Shown here in pieces: positions 10,901 to 18,858 of a DNA stretch of 64,000 bases (its first letter is position 1; every line of letters starts with the position of its first letter). A program made the position numbers and the translations under genes. The stretch is from assembly GCA_048938105.1 (NCBI GenBank), contig JBHLMN010000011.1:143709-207708 (forward strand), in the 5' to 3' direction. This DNA is from Promethearchaeota archaeon (GTDB taxonomy: Archaea > Asgardarchaeota > Heimdallarchaeia > Hodarchaeales > Hodarchaeaceae). The notes under the pieces were generated by a model that saw nothing but the letters and a program-made list of their open reading frames with translations, made no database searches and had not been told where the DNA came from.

Positions 10901-11474
10901 TTTCTACCCGAGACACCCCCTGCGTTATCGCATGAGAAAGGATGTTCGTATCATTAAAGATCACATAATTTTGGTTCCCACCAGCATAATCATTAGTATC
11001 ATAAATCCAGTCATCCCATCCTAACGGAAGAGTTCCATATCCGAATAGATCCCATAATAAGTCATTGGTAAAAGCACCATACTCAGCAGGTCCGCTTATT
11101 ATTAGCAAACTACCTCCAGACTGAAGCCACGCTTTAATTGCACTGTGTTCGGCGGAAGTATAATTAAAGATTTGTGTTGGAGCTGTAATAACCAGGACAT
11201 CAGCTTCGTTCAATACTGAAGCGTTAATGACATCACCCGAACCAAGTGTATCAACAATGTACCCATCGTTTTGCAGCATGGCAGCAAACTGAGAGTAGCT
11301 AGAGGAAATAGGCAAGTATGGATTATGAGCTTCATCGAAGAGAATCAACCCCTTGGCTCCTGGCGGGAGTACTGTACTGTTAGCTTGAGAGAACGTAAGT
11401 GAAGTAATTAAAAAAATTATAAAAACTAAATATTGCTTAATAATTGGTATTTTACTCATTCTTTCATACCTCAA
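7956..11474 (-). CDS. Cell-surface protein: GIFT/DUF4350-like N-domain, three YPNGGE Ig-like repeats, further Ig-like repeats, PGF-CTERM
   Basis: Signal peptide; ILFDEAHN...DVLVITAP...WLQSGGSLLI; three 97-aa repeats; APGFE + TM + RRRAREKRR. Confidence 0.85.
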   Translation of the reverse strand: MRYERMSKIPIIKQYLVFIIFLITSLTFSQANSTVLPPGAKGLILFDEAHNPYLPISSSYSQFAAMLQNDGYIVDTLGSGDVINASVLNEADVLVITAPTQIFNYTSAEHSAIKAWLQSGGSLLIISGPAEYGAFTNDLLWDLFGYGTLPLGWDDWIYDTNDYAGGNQNYVIFNDTNILSHAITQGVSRVEMYAPSFFESTPSEEIPLIKCDTDGTAKFWGNDSTASGVSVISAFDSGIAGTGRLVVYPGAGYLWSNSDTDGDGTINLYDSDNEILASNIIEWLTAEQLPTVSLTYPNGGEMLSGTITISWTASDPDGDSLTSDLFYWNGSNWIELIMGLTSTSYDWDTMTVPDGANYKIRVIVNDGRLSEQDESDAVFTIDNPHAPIVTVIYPNGGETLMGFETITWTASDADGDSLHFNISYWDGSNWIELITGLTSTSYDWDTLMVLDGNFYQILVNASDGALIGSDTSDASFTINNPDPPVVTVLYPNGGEMLMGIETVTWTASDADGDPLTYNLSYWDGSDWVEFVKGLTETSYDWDTRTVPNGDTYQILVNASDGTLNSLDTSDNSFTILNVYPIITGPSDFPIFFGSTGRTILWTIVDDYPSNYTVYRNNSIYQQDIDYDDSIIVPLDGLQEGKHNFTCVVQNIFGRRTSDEVWVTVLPLTPDETPPWISSPDNISFEEGNIGYSIVWSGSDDRSPWWSTVWENETKIYDQAWIGNDIEISLDNLTAGTYKYNCTIYDEAGNYNSSIVFITVFHKVPDSTQPTIIPPNPIEYEEGSTGHNLTWYCSDDHPYAFRTVINGTELLYSPWRGENITTSVDGLDIGIWVVTLTLWDLELNNFSASTTVTVFPLLPDITSPTISHPADLRIAENIYGIIIWEVYDENPQFFMIHRNGTLVLVQDYTKSGLVQYYFTSLPLGTWEFTLTVWDQAGNNASSKVLVRVVKGSEIDIEAPLISQQPDVEFSHGTIGNSLIFYIFDEHPKAFSISQDGVIIMEVIWVIPNRQVIYSLDGLDIGSYVIVIKAWDIYDQSTSQTVHVTVTGDNSPPTILLLPDYDFPVGHEINITWVVSDDNPSRFEILLLPDGGVIKSGSWSGEDITLDLSEYSEGTYHFRCVVYDVSGNFAFDDVTATITKAQSAPGFEFLFIIPLLLLIVATRRRAREKRRFYK
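9736..10608 (-). repeat. Three tandem 291-bp intragenic repeats (97 aa each)
   Basis: Anchor CCATTGGG(A/G)TAG at 9997, 10288 and 10579, an exact 291-bp period; outer boundaries approximate. Confidence 0.92.
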
Positions 11475-12085
11475 GAGACGAATTCCAAAAAATACTTATT
11501 TTTCCCGATTTTAAAAAACAATGAACTGAGAATATTTTGCTCCCAGATTAATCTTCTATAATACTTAAATTTTGATAGAAATCCTTTAATATCTCTATTC
11601 AATACTAATACCAGCAAAAATTCTTTTCACTAAGTCAAAATCACGGAGAAAATCAAAAATTAACAAAATTGACACCGAACAAGTGATATAGTTCTTAATC
11701 CCCGTCATGTACCTCCTTATTTGGCATCGAAACAAAGAACCCTCAACCATATTATAGAGAGATAATTTATTTTATTACTTAATGAAACGCGTACCTTTTG
11801 TACTTTGATTATTAAATATTTTTCCAAATGACTCAGGAAAAAGTCACTCGAATGATAGAGATAATGTGATGGTAAAGAAGGATATACATTAAATACCCTA
11901 TAGAATTACCATATTGGTACGATAATCATGGATATTAATGAAATAATTCGAAAATATAATATAACAAGTTAGTTTGAAAAAAGAGGGGGAATTATTGAAG
12001 AATCTCTCATTTTGGGAGATTATAAGCGATTTTGATAACTATATTTTCAGATTATTAACTCCATTTAGAAAGGTTGATGTAAATA

Positions 12086-12478
12086 ATGATCAATGTTGAA
12101 TTATCAATTTTTCAAATCATAAGTATAGGAATCTTTGGATTCATTTTCGGGTTATTTGAAATGATGACAAATGGGTTGTATCTGTTAACAAAGAATTATG
12201 AGCTACCAAAAAAACAACACGGAAAAGAATTACCTGCGGACGCGAGTACCTCAGAAATAAAACATAAAGTCATACAAATGATGATTCTTGGAATATTTCT
12301 TGTCATAATAGCTATCATCGCTACTGTAATATCTCCTCAGCTATTTGTGGTGGGAGCAACAGCAATATTGGTAAGTGGATTAATCGATTATGGGAAATAT
12401 AGAAAAAAAGACATGTTCATTGTATGGATTGGTCTAGCGAGTATTTGTGGTCTTTTCTCACTGATTCATACCGTTTAA
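12086..12478 (+). CDS. Hypothetical membrane protein (about 4 TM)
   Basis: 130-aa ORF with alternating hydrophobic segments. Confidence 0.7.
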   Translation: MINVELSIFQIISIGIFGFIFGLFEMMTNGLYLLTKNYELPKKQHGKELPADASTSEIKHKVIQMMILGIFLVIIAIIATVISPQLFVVGATAILVSGLIDYGKYRKKDMFIVWIGLASICGLFSLIHTV

Positions 12479-12545
12479 ACTTCAAAGATGGCTTGGATAA
12501 TATAGTGGGATTCGAAATCATGAAAAGCATTAGATTGCCTGACAT

Positions 12546-12800
12546 TTATCGTAAGGTATAATAACAACGACGTAAGTCCATCATGTCAGGAATTTGACCG
12601 ATTAACCCCGCATCCTTCAAATCACGAAGAGCATAGCGAACAGTCCGTGTAGAATATTTAGTTTGTTCTGTAATATCTTTAAACCGCATTTGTTTACCCG
12701 CTAATATTATGTTATACACCTTTTTAGATGAAGGAGGCATGTTTACAAACAATTTATTATTCATCGCCAATACATTAGCCATCGTAACGAAACCAACCAA
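12546..12800 (-). CDS. Small archaeal winged-HTH transcriptional regulator
   Basis: MPPSSKKVY...TKYSTRTVRYALRDLKDAGLI...DLRRCYY; true start may be a downstream ATG. Confidence 0.85.
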   Translation of the reverse strand: MVGFVTMANVLAMNNKLFVNMPPSSKKVYNIILAGKQMRFKDITEQTKYSTRTVRYALRDLKDAGLIGQIPDMMDLRRCYYTLR

Positions 12801-12951
12801 TTCTTATGTGTTAGAAAAATGATCTCAGATGCTGAGAATATGATCTCACTGGTATATATATAATTAACGATACATGAAAAGATGGTCGCATACATAGAAA
12901 CTGTTATATCATTCTTTTTGTATTGATTATGAATGGAGAGCCCTAATTCTC

Positions 12952-13659
12952 ATGACGAAATCTGACACTAGTTCCCATCAAAACAAGTACCAAGATATTA
13001 TTAATTACAAACCTGAAGTTCTAAAAATCATTAGTGATGAAGAAACCCTCAAACTCCTTTCAGACATCAATTACGAGAATGTGATGAGAATTTTAAGGAA
13101 AAAACCTATGACTGTTCAAGAGATCACAAAGGCTTTCAATATTATAGCTAAAACTTGTAGTAAGACTGAAAAGAAATCTGATAAATCAATTTACCGTTAT
13201 TTAAAGGTTCTTGAAGAGAAGAGGATGGTTGTTACCGCTGGTCAACGTGTGGTTATGGGTAAGACTGCTACTGAGAAGTTATACATGCCGACTGCTCGTA
13301 TCTTTCAACGAAAAGACATTGATTGGCAATCAGAAAGAGGTAAACAATGGGCAAACCGATTTGCTATTCTCATGCGTTATATGATCGAAGATGATGGTCA
13401 TGAACTATCTCTAAGTTGTATTCAGGAATTCTTTGAGAAGCTGACTAAAGGTAAAATAGAGGCTCTTGAAAGATTAGTTGAATCTGCTTCTGACGAAACA
13501 TTACAGCATATCAATGAAGGTGAATGGGAGGAGTTAGTTGAATTTGTTGATTGGGTATACATCTTTGGGTCATTGATGAGTCAACCTGAATTATTGAATC
13601 AGTTAAATGACTGTTTTACAAAATCCACACAAGGAGATTCACACAACAGAACCATATGA
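12952..13659 (+). CDS. Winged-HTH (ArsR-like) regulator, paralogue 1
   Basis: ILRKKPMTVQEI...KSDKSIYRYLKVLEE...AGQRVVMGKTATEKLY..TARIF. Confidence 0.8.
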   Translation: MTKSDTSSHQNKYQDIINYKPEVLKIISDEETLKLLSDINYENVMRILRKKPMTVQEITKAFNIIAKTCSKTEKKSDKSIYRYLKVLEEKRMVVTAGQRVVMGKTATEKLYMPTARIFQRKDIDWQSERGKQWANRFAILMRYMIEDDGHELSLSCIQEFFEKLTKGKIEALERLVESASDETLQHINEGEWEELVEFVDWVYIFGSLMSQPELLNQLNDCFTKSTQGDSHNRTI

Positions 13660-13678
13660 AATACTAAAGTTGATTCTC

Positions 13679-14368
13679 ATGACGAAATCTGGCCAACCGC
13701 AACAAAACAAGAAGTATCAAGATATTATCGATTATAAACCAGCAATTCTAAAGGTTCTAAGCGATGAAAAGACATTGAAGATGCTTGAGAATCCCAATTA
13801 CGAATTAATTATCCCAATTCTAAGGAAAGGAGCAATGACCGTTCAGGAAATTACAAATGCTTTCAACAATATAGCAGAAAAGTCTGATACTCTTGAAGTG
13901 AAGTCAGATAAATCAATTTATCGCTATTTAAAAGCTCTTGAGAAGCTAGGAATCGTAGCTACAGCCGGTCAGCGTGTAATCTTGGGAAAAACCGCTAGTG
14001 AAAAATTATACATGCGTACAGCCCGTGTATTCGAATTGAGGTTCAAATATATTGATTGGATGGGAGAAGAAGGAAATGAATGGGCTGAACGGTTCGGTAC
14101 ATTAGTTGGCCTTATGCTAAACATCAAACAGACCCCCTCTCTAAAATGTATCCAGGAATTTTTTGCTAAGTGGAATAGCGCAAGATCCACTGCAACTGAG
14201 AAACTGGCTTCAATCGTTCCCGATGATGAAATGGAAATTATAACAACATGTGACTTACGGGAATTGTCAGAAATTTTTGCCCGAGTATACATCTTCAGTA
14301 CACTAATGAATGATCCAAAGTTGTTGCAAGAACTTCGTATGTGTTTCAAAAATAGAAAGAAAGACTAA
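13679..14368 (+). CDS. Winged-HTH (ArsR-like) regulator, paralogue 2
   Basis: Clear paralogue of the upstream gene. Start moved from 13607 to 13679 because ATTCTCATGACGAAATCTG is duplicated at both starts. Confidence 0.8.
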   Translation: MTKSGQPQQNKKYQDIIDYKPAILKVLSDEKTLKMLENPNYELIIPILRKGAMTVQEITNAFNNIAEKSDTLEVKSDKSIYRYLKALEKLGIVATAGQRVILGKTASEKLYMRTARVFELRFKYIDWMGEEGNEWAERFGTLVGLMLNIKQTPSLKCIQEFFAKWNSARSTATEKLASIVPDDEMEIITTCDLRELSEIFARVYIFSTLMNDPKLLQELRMCFKNRKKD

Positions 14369-14411
14369 AAGAATAGTCATCTTTGAAGGGAGGTGAGGTT
14401 GTTACTCAATC

Positions 14412-15068
14412 ATGAAGGGTAAATCAGATACTAATGCTTGGAAAGAGTATTCTTTCCGCTTTTATATTCAACGACTTCAATATTTTGAAATTAAAATTTT
14501 AGGATTCAAACTATTAGTATTCCTATTAATACTTGGTAATCTATGGGGAGCTTTCATTGGTTTTATATACTATTTTGAAGTAATTGGGCTTACTCAATAT
14601 TCCCCCATCCTATGGATATTAATACCTGACTGTCCTATGGCCGCATTATTGTTATTGGGAGTATATATTCAATTTGATAATCAACGTTTTTCTAATTTTA
14701 ATTTTTTTGTATTCATCCAAGGTATTCGTGCAGCCATCATTACTTATCTGATTATATTAAACTTTGGGTCACTAGATATTGAAGTTGTGGTAATCGGCCA
14801 CTTTTTGTTACTTATTCAAGCAGTGGCTATATTACCTTTATTGTTAAATCTAAAATATACTAAAGGAACACTTGTTACTATTGGAATTACATTATTCAAC
14901 GATATATCTGATTTTTTCGGAATAATAGGAATAACTGAGCCTACTTTAGCCCAGCTACCTACTATTCAACCATTATTCTCTCCCTTTGTAACCATAGTTT
15001 TCGGGTTAGACATCTTTCTCATTCTTGTTGGTTTGGTTTTTGCTAGATTCATGAGTCAAGAGAATTAG
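14412..15068 (+). CDS. DUF1405-family membrane protein
   Basis: GFIYY...WILIPDCP motif, later ND..D.F, multiple TM segments. Confidence 0.75.
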   Translation: MKGKSDTNAWKEYSFRFYIQRLQYFEIKILGFKLLVFLLILGNLWGAFIGFIYYFEVIGLTQYSPILWILIPDCPMAALLLLGVYIQFDNQRFSNFNFFVFIQGIRAAIITYLIILNFGSLDIEVVVIGHFLLLIQAVAILPLLLNLKYTKGTLVTIGITLFNDISDFFGIIGITEPTLAQLPTIQPLFSPFVTIVFGLDIFLILVGLVFARFMSQEN

Positions 15069-15152
15069 AAAATCTCTAATTGCTATGATACTACAATTTT
15101 AAGGCGATAATTATTTAGATTAACAGCTTTTGTATTTTTTCTTGAATATTTT

Positions 15153-16133
15153 ATGGCAGCGCAACAAAATATTGTCCAAGAGCTTTTAGATAAGCTTTTT
15201 CAGGCAATTGTCACCTTTCTCAGGGAAATAGCGAATCCTATCAGCTTTATTGACAAGTATTTCATCTCAGAGGAAGGTTATAATATCTACAACACTATTG
15301 TGTATACTACGATTGGAATACTTGCTATATTCCTAATTGGAAAAATAATTTTCCGTATAAATCAAAAGGGTTTTGAACGATGGGGAGAAGATCATTTTAT
15401 ACCAGTTCAAATGGATTTAGAGTTTTTTGTTTCTATTTTACCGTATATCTTCATCGGTTCCACATTACGCGCTCTGCAAGATATTGCAGATCAAGATAAG
15501 ATTATCTCTCCCTATGAGATTTTTGGGCTCCGTCTTTTTGTTACACCATACGTTTACGTCATCACTATCCTATTAACCTTAACTATTGGACTTATATCAA
15601 TTTTTATCTCGCAAGAATATCTGCAAAATCTACAGCGATTTTCAAATTGGAGGTTCACCTTTCTATCGATTGGAATAATAATTGAAATCGTTTTATTCTT
15701 CCCAATTATTTTCCTGTTAACAGATCCTTATTACATCGGTGGTGGCTTAATTATTTTAGTCTTATCAGGCATTTTCGGGGTATTATTCTATCTTGTATCA
15801 ACTCAGCTTTCGCAACGTTATATTCCTGAAGCTGTAGTAAGACGAGAGGAGATATTAACGATGATAACACAAATGTTTGATGCTTTTAATACCGTCATTG
15901 CTATAGAATTCTTTAATTATCAGGAGAAACATTATTTACCTTCTATTCTATTTAATACCCCGTTTGGAGCTTGGCCTTTCTTATTGTTAAAATTTACTTT
16001 GATTTTATTATTTATTTATGCAGTTAGAGGGCTTGACAAAGAAGATACGCAAAACTGGTTACTATGGGTTGTGTTCTTACTTGGTCTAGCTACTGGAACA
16101 CGGGACTTTCTTCGGCTAGTAACCAATACCTGA
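15153..16133 (+). CDS. DUF63-family archaeal membrane protein
   Basis: GYNIYNTIVY, PYIFIGSTLRALQD, FVTP, QMFDA, YQEKH, LGLATGTRDFLR. Confidence 0.85.
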   Translation: MAAQQNIVQELLDKLFQAIVTFLREIANPISFIDKYFISEEGYNIYNTIVYTTIGILAIFLIGKIIFRINQKGFERWGEDHFIPVQMDLEFFVSILPYIFIGSTLRALQDIADQDKIISPYEIFGLRLFVTPYVYVITILLTLTIGLISIFISQEYLQNLQRFSNWRFTFLSIGIIIEIVLFFPIIFLLTDPYYIGGGLIILVLSGIFGVLFYLVSTQLSQRYIPEAVVRREEILTMITQMFDAFNTVIAIEFFNYQEKHYLPSILFNTPFGAWPFLLLKFTLILLFIYAVRGLDKEDTQNWLLWVVFLLGLATGTRDFLRLVTNT

Positions 16134-16161
16134 ACTACAGAAATCAAGGAAAGAACATTAA

Positions 16162-16713
16162 TCAGTCTGTTGTTTCGAGTTGTGATTCTATCTCCTTAGG
16201 TAATCCTCTAAAATAAGTGAGTAATAGATATACTTGTCCTCGATGATATTGTTCATGATCATAAAACGCCTCTAGCAATTCATAGACTTTCATTTCTTCG
16301 CCCCAAGGAGCTTGCACCTTTTTTTCATAAGCTGCATTTGGAGAATCGAGTAATATTTTTGTTTCTTTTTCAGTAGTTGAAGCAAGCTCTTTTAATCGTT
16401 CCAAACCAACATGATTAGCTTCTTCTAACCTAAAAAATCTATTTCCTACCCATTGTGCTGGGACAGCCTCAGCGATTTGAGGGCTTTGGAGATTAAAACT
16501 TTGATGTATATATCGTATCTCCGACGCGAGCATATGACGGATAATTTCATCGATAGCCCACTGATAGGGTTTTGGTCTTGTGATTATCCATTTTTCTTCT
16601 ACCTCTGATTTACTTAGTTCATTCCACATTATTGAATGCTGGTTCTCAATGCGTTCATATCTTTTCTTCCAAATAATTTTGTATTCATTAATTGGTTTAA
16701 TCTTCATCACCAA
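16162..16713 (-). CDS. DinB/YfiT-family protein
   Basis: IIRHMLASE and HEQYHRGQ histidine motifs. Confidence 0.85.
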   Translation of the reverse strand: MVMKIKPINEYKIIWKKRYERIENQHSIMWNELSKSEVEEKWIITRPKPYQWAIDEIIRHMLASEIRYIHQSFNLQSPQIAEAVPAQWVGNRFFRLEEANHVGLERLKELASTTEKETKILLDSPNAAYEKKVQAPWGEEMKVYELLEAFYDHEQYHRGQVYLLLTYFRGLPKEIESQLETTD

Positions 16714-16794
16714 ACCTATAAATCATATCCTTCTTGATTCTCAAACAGTCATTTTTTATTTAGTTTCTATTCAAAAGAACTGAAATTATCTAAA

Positions 16795-17364
16795 TCAGGT
16801 TTCTATCACTGGATTATATTCTGATTCATCCATTGAAAAAGTCCAAGCTATTGCCTCTTTACATGTTCTAACATGTGGAGGCACACGTAAAATGTAAGTT
16901 TCTCTAGTGGTTGAATCTTGAACCTTAACTACCATTAATGGCTCTTGATCTTTCCTAATTCGTAAAAGTAATAACTCTGATTCCCCATCAGTGTGTATTA
17001 TAGTTCCACCTAACTCCTCAACGAATCTTTTATAACCAAAATTTGATAGAAGGATTCTGCGGATTTCTACATTGCTGCATTTCAGAATATCTCTGGCTTT
17101 CAGCTCTTCCTTAAAGAATAGGAGATAGTCCTTAATAATATTCTGAATCCATTGTTCATCAAATGAAGTACACTTCTTTACGAAAAAGCTTTTCCAGCTA
17201 CTAATACGCTTCCCTTTCTTGTCGTACCAATGAACTTTCCCACTTCGTTCTATACCAAAGCTTTCATTTTGCTGAAGCCACAGGACTCCTCGCCATAAGC
17301 GGGATGGTATAAGTGTTTCATTATCTACGAGAGTTTTCAGTGATTCTTTTAGCTTTTTATCCAT
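16795..17364 (-). CDS. DUF6745-domain protein
   Basis: NVEIRR...GYKRF...V.DSTTRETYILRVPP..RTCKEAIAWTF...Y.P..ET. Probable start is the ATG at 17364, 1 bp after the upstream stop (ORF track starts at 17406). Confidence 0.8.
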   Translation of the reverse strand: MDKKLKESLKTLVDNETLIPSRLWRGVLWLQQNESFGIERSGKVHWYDKKGKRISSWKSFFVKKCTSFDEQWIQNIIKDYLLFFKEELKARDILKCSNVEIRRILLSNFGYKRFVEELGGTIIHTDGESELLLLRIRKDQEPLMVVKVQDSTTRETYILRVPPHVRTCKEAIAWTFSMDESEYNPVIET

Positions 17365-17365
17365 T

Positions 17366-17674
17366 CTAATCCATAACCCATTGTGACGATTCGGTTTCTG
17401 GATCATATTCTCGCTGACGAATCACCTCATAGATTCCAGGTTCTAAATCGATCGTTGCATGTTCTTCATGAACCAAAGTCGCTCCTTTGCTGGCTTTAAC
17501 AAATAACTGATCACCTGATGTTTGCGACCAAAACCTGAATACTTCTCCGTCCATAATTCTATGAGCGTGGCCAGTAGCTTCTCCTTCAAGAATTACATCA
17601 CTTTTAACACTCTTAGCTCGTTTTGGCAGTGATTTGACTTTTTTTAGTAAAAGATCTCCTTGTCTGACTATCAA
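17366..17674 (-). CDS. His-rich RQGD/GExTGHxH small beta protein, usual partner of DUF6745
   Basis: RQGDLL, EGEATGHAH, LVHEEH, PGIYEVIRQREY. Confidence 0.8.
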   Translation of the reverse strand: MIVRQGDLLLKKVKSLPKRAKSVKSDVILEGEATGHAHRIMDGEVFRFWSQTSGDQLFVKASKGATLVHEEHATIDLEPGIYEVIRQREYDPETESSQWVMD

Positions 17675-17825
17675 TTTCTCTCACACTACTTTTTATTTAT
17701 GATTTTCAGAGAAATTTAGAAATATTTTTGATTTTTTCTCTTCATTCACACTAGAATGAAATAATAGAGAAAATCAATCGTATAGCAGGTCTTAGGAAGT
17801 TCACAGCTTTACAATTCATACATTT

Positions 17826-18731
17826 TTAATCCGAAAATACACAGGGAAGAATTATATTAATAGAATTTTGAGTCATCCATAAGCGGCTATTGAAATAGGA
17901 GGTAAAAAATCGAAGATAATGTGCTACCAAGGGAAACCCTTGAGTTGAAGTCAATAGAAAATTATTTGGAACATTGAAGCTAACCCCAACGGAAAATTTA
18001 TTTATTATCTCTACCTCAAGAGTGAGAGGGACTCCCTGAAGCCATGTTAGCAGTGTAGAAAAGATATTATCTGGAAAATGAGAGCTACCCCAAATTTCAG
18101 GATTAGAAGTATCATAATTGTCTGTGGTCAAAGATGAAACCATATTGAATTGTGAACCAGTAGAATTTCGAAGATAATAGAAACTGGTTCTAAGAACTTC
18201 TGATAACGAAATAGGATATAGATTTGGAGGTTTGAGGAGTAATTGAATTAAATCAGAGACAATAATTGTCAAAATCTTTTGTCGGTATGCTGCACGACTA
18301 AACCTTTGTACAACTTTTTGATCCATAGATTCCATACTTCTCAATAGATAATGGCTCAAATCCATTAAAAGAGAGCTAGTACGTAACTCGTAAGTGAGGT
18401 CATCAACCCAATTTTCAATGATTGAAGAAAGGGGGGGTAGGATTGAGGAATAAAAGATTTTATAGGACTTAAGGGATATTGAATGAAGGTCTAGATGTAG
18501 TGAAAAAAGAGTTTTATTGCTAATTAATCGAGTACTAGGATGAATTCCAGTCATTTGGGCAAATGTTTGAGTAAAATAAAAAACATCATCATGATCCGTT
18601 GAAAGAATAATAAAAGGATTGAAAGGTTGAGAGTAAATAGTAGAAATATTATTTCTTCGATATACCTCTTTCATCCATAACGGAGTATTTATATGTCGAT
18701 CATTAGTTACATTTGAATCATTGTTTTTCAT
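17826..18731 (-). CDS. Hypothetical protein (possibly a degenerate sensor-kinase-like fold)
   Basis: 301-aa ORF; only a faint HisKA-like stretch (MDLSHYLLRS); no intact N/G boxes. Confidence 0.5.
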   Translation of the reverse strand: MKNNDSNVTNDRHINTPLWMKEVYRRNNISTIYSQPFNPFIILSTDHDDVFYFTQTFAQMTGIHPSTRLISNKTLFSLHLDLHSISLKSYKIFYSSILPPLSSIIENWVDDLTYELRTSSLLMDLSHYLLRSMESMDQKVVQRFSRAAYRQKILTIIVSDLIQLLLKPPNLYPISLSEVLRTSFYYLRNSTGSQFNMVSSLTTDNYDTSNPEIWGSSHFPDNIFSTLLTWLQGVPLTLEVEIINKFSVGVSFNVPNNFLLTSTQGFPLVAHYLRFFTSYFNSRLWMTQNSINIILPCVFSD

Positions 18732-18858
18732 AGTATTTACTCTCGATTATACTAGAAAACCTACAAGATCATTTACATTTCTAGAAAACTTTCTCGCGGA
18801 TTATGAGGATTCACAAGATTGTATTTTTTCATCTCATAAAGAGCTTTTTATTGAACCT

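Noticed and set aside
12500-12525. GGGATTCGAA resembling a reverse-strand tRNA T-arm
   Set aside because: No cloverleaf or acceptor stem can be built around it.
13607-13678. N-terminal extension of the second wHTH paralogue given in the ORF track
   Set aside because: It overlaps the upstream gene; the duplicated start context places the real ATG at 13679.
17826-18731. Histidine kinase call
   Set aside because: No convincing H-box or N, G1, G2 ATP-binding motifs; left as hypothetical.
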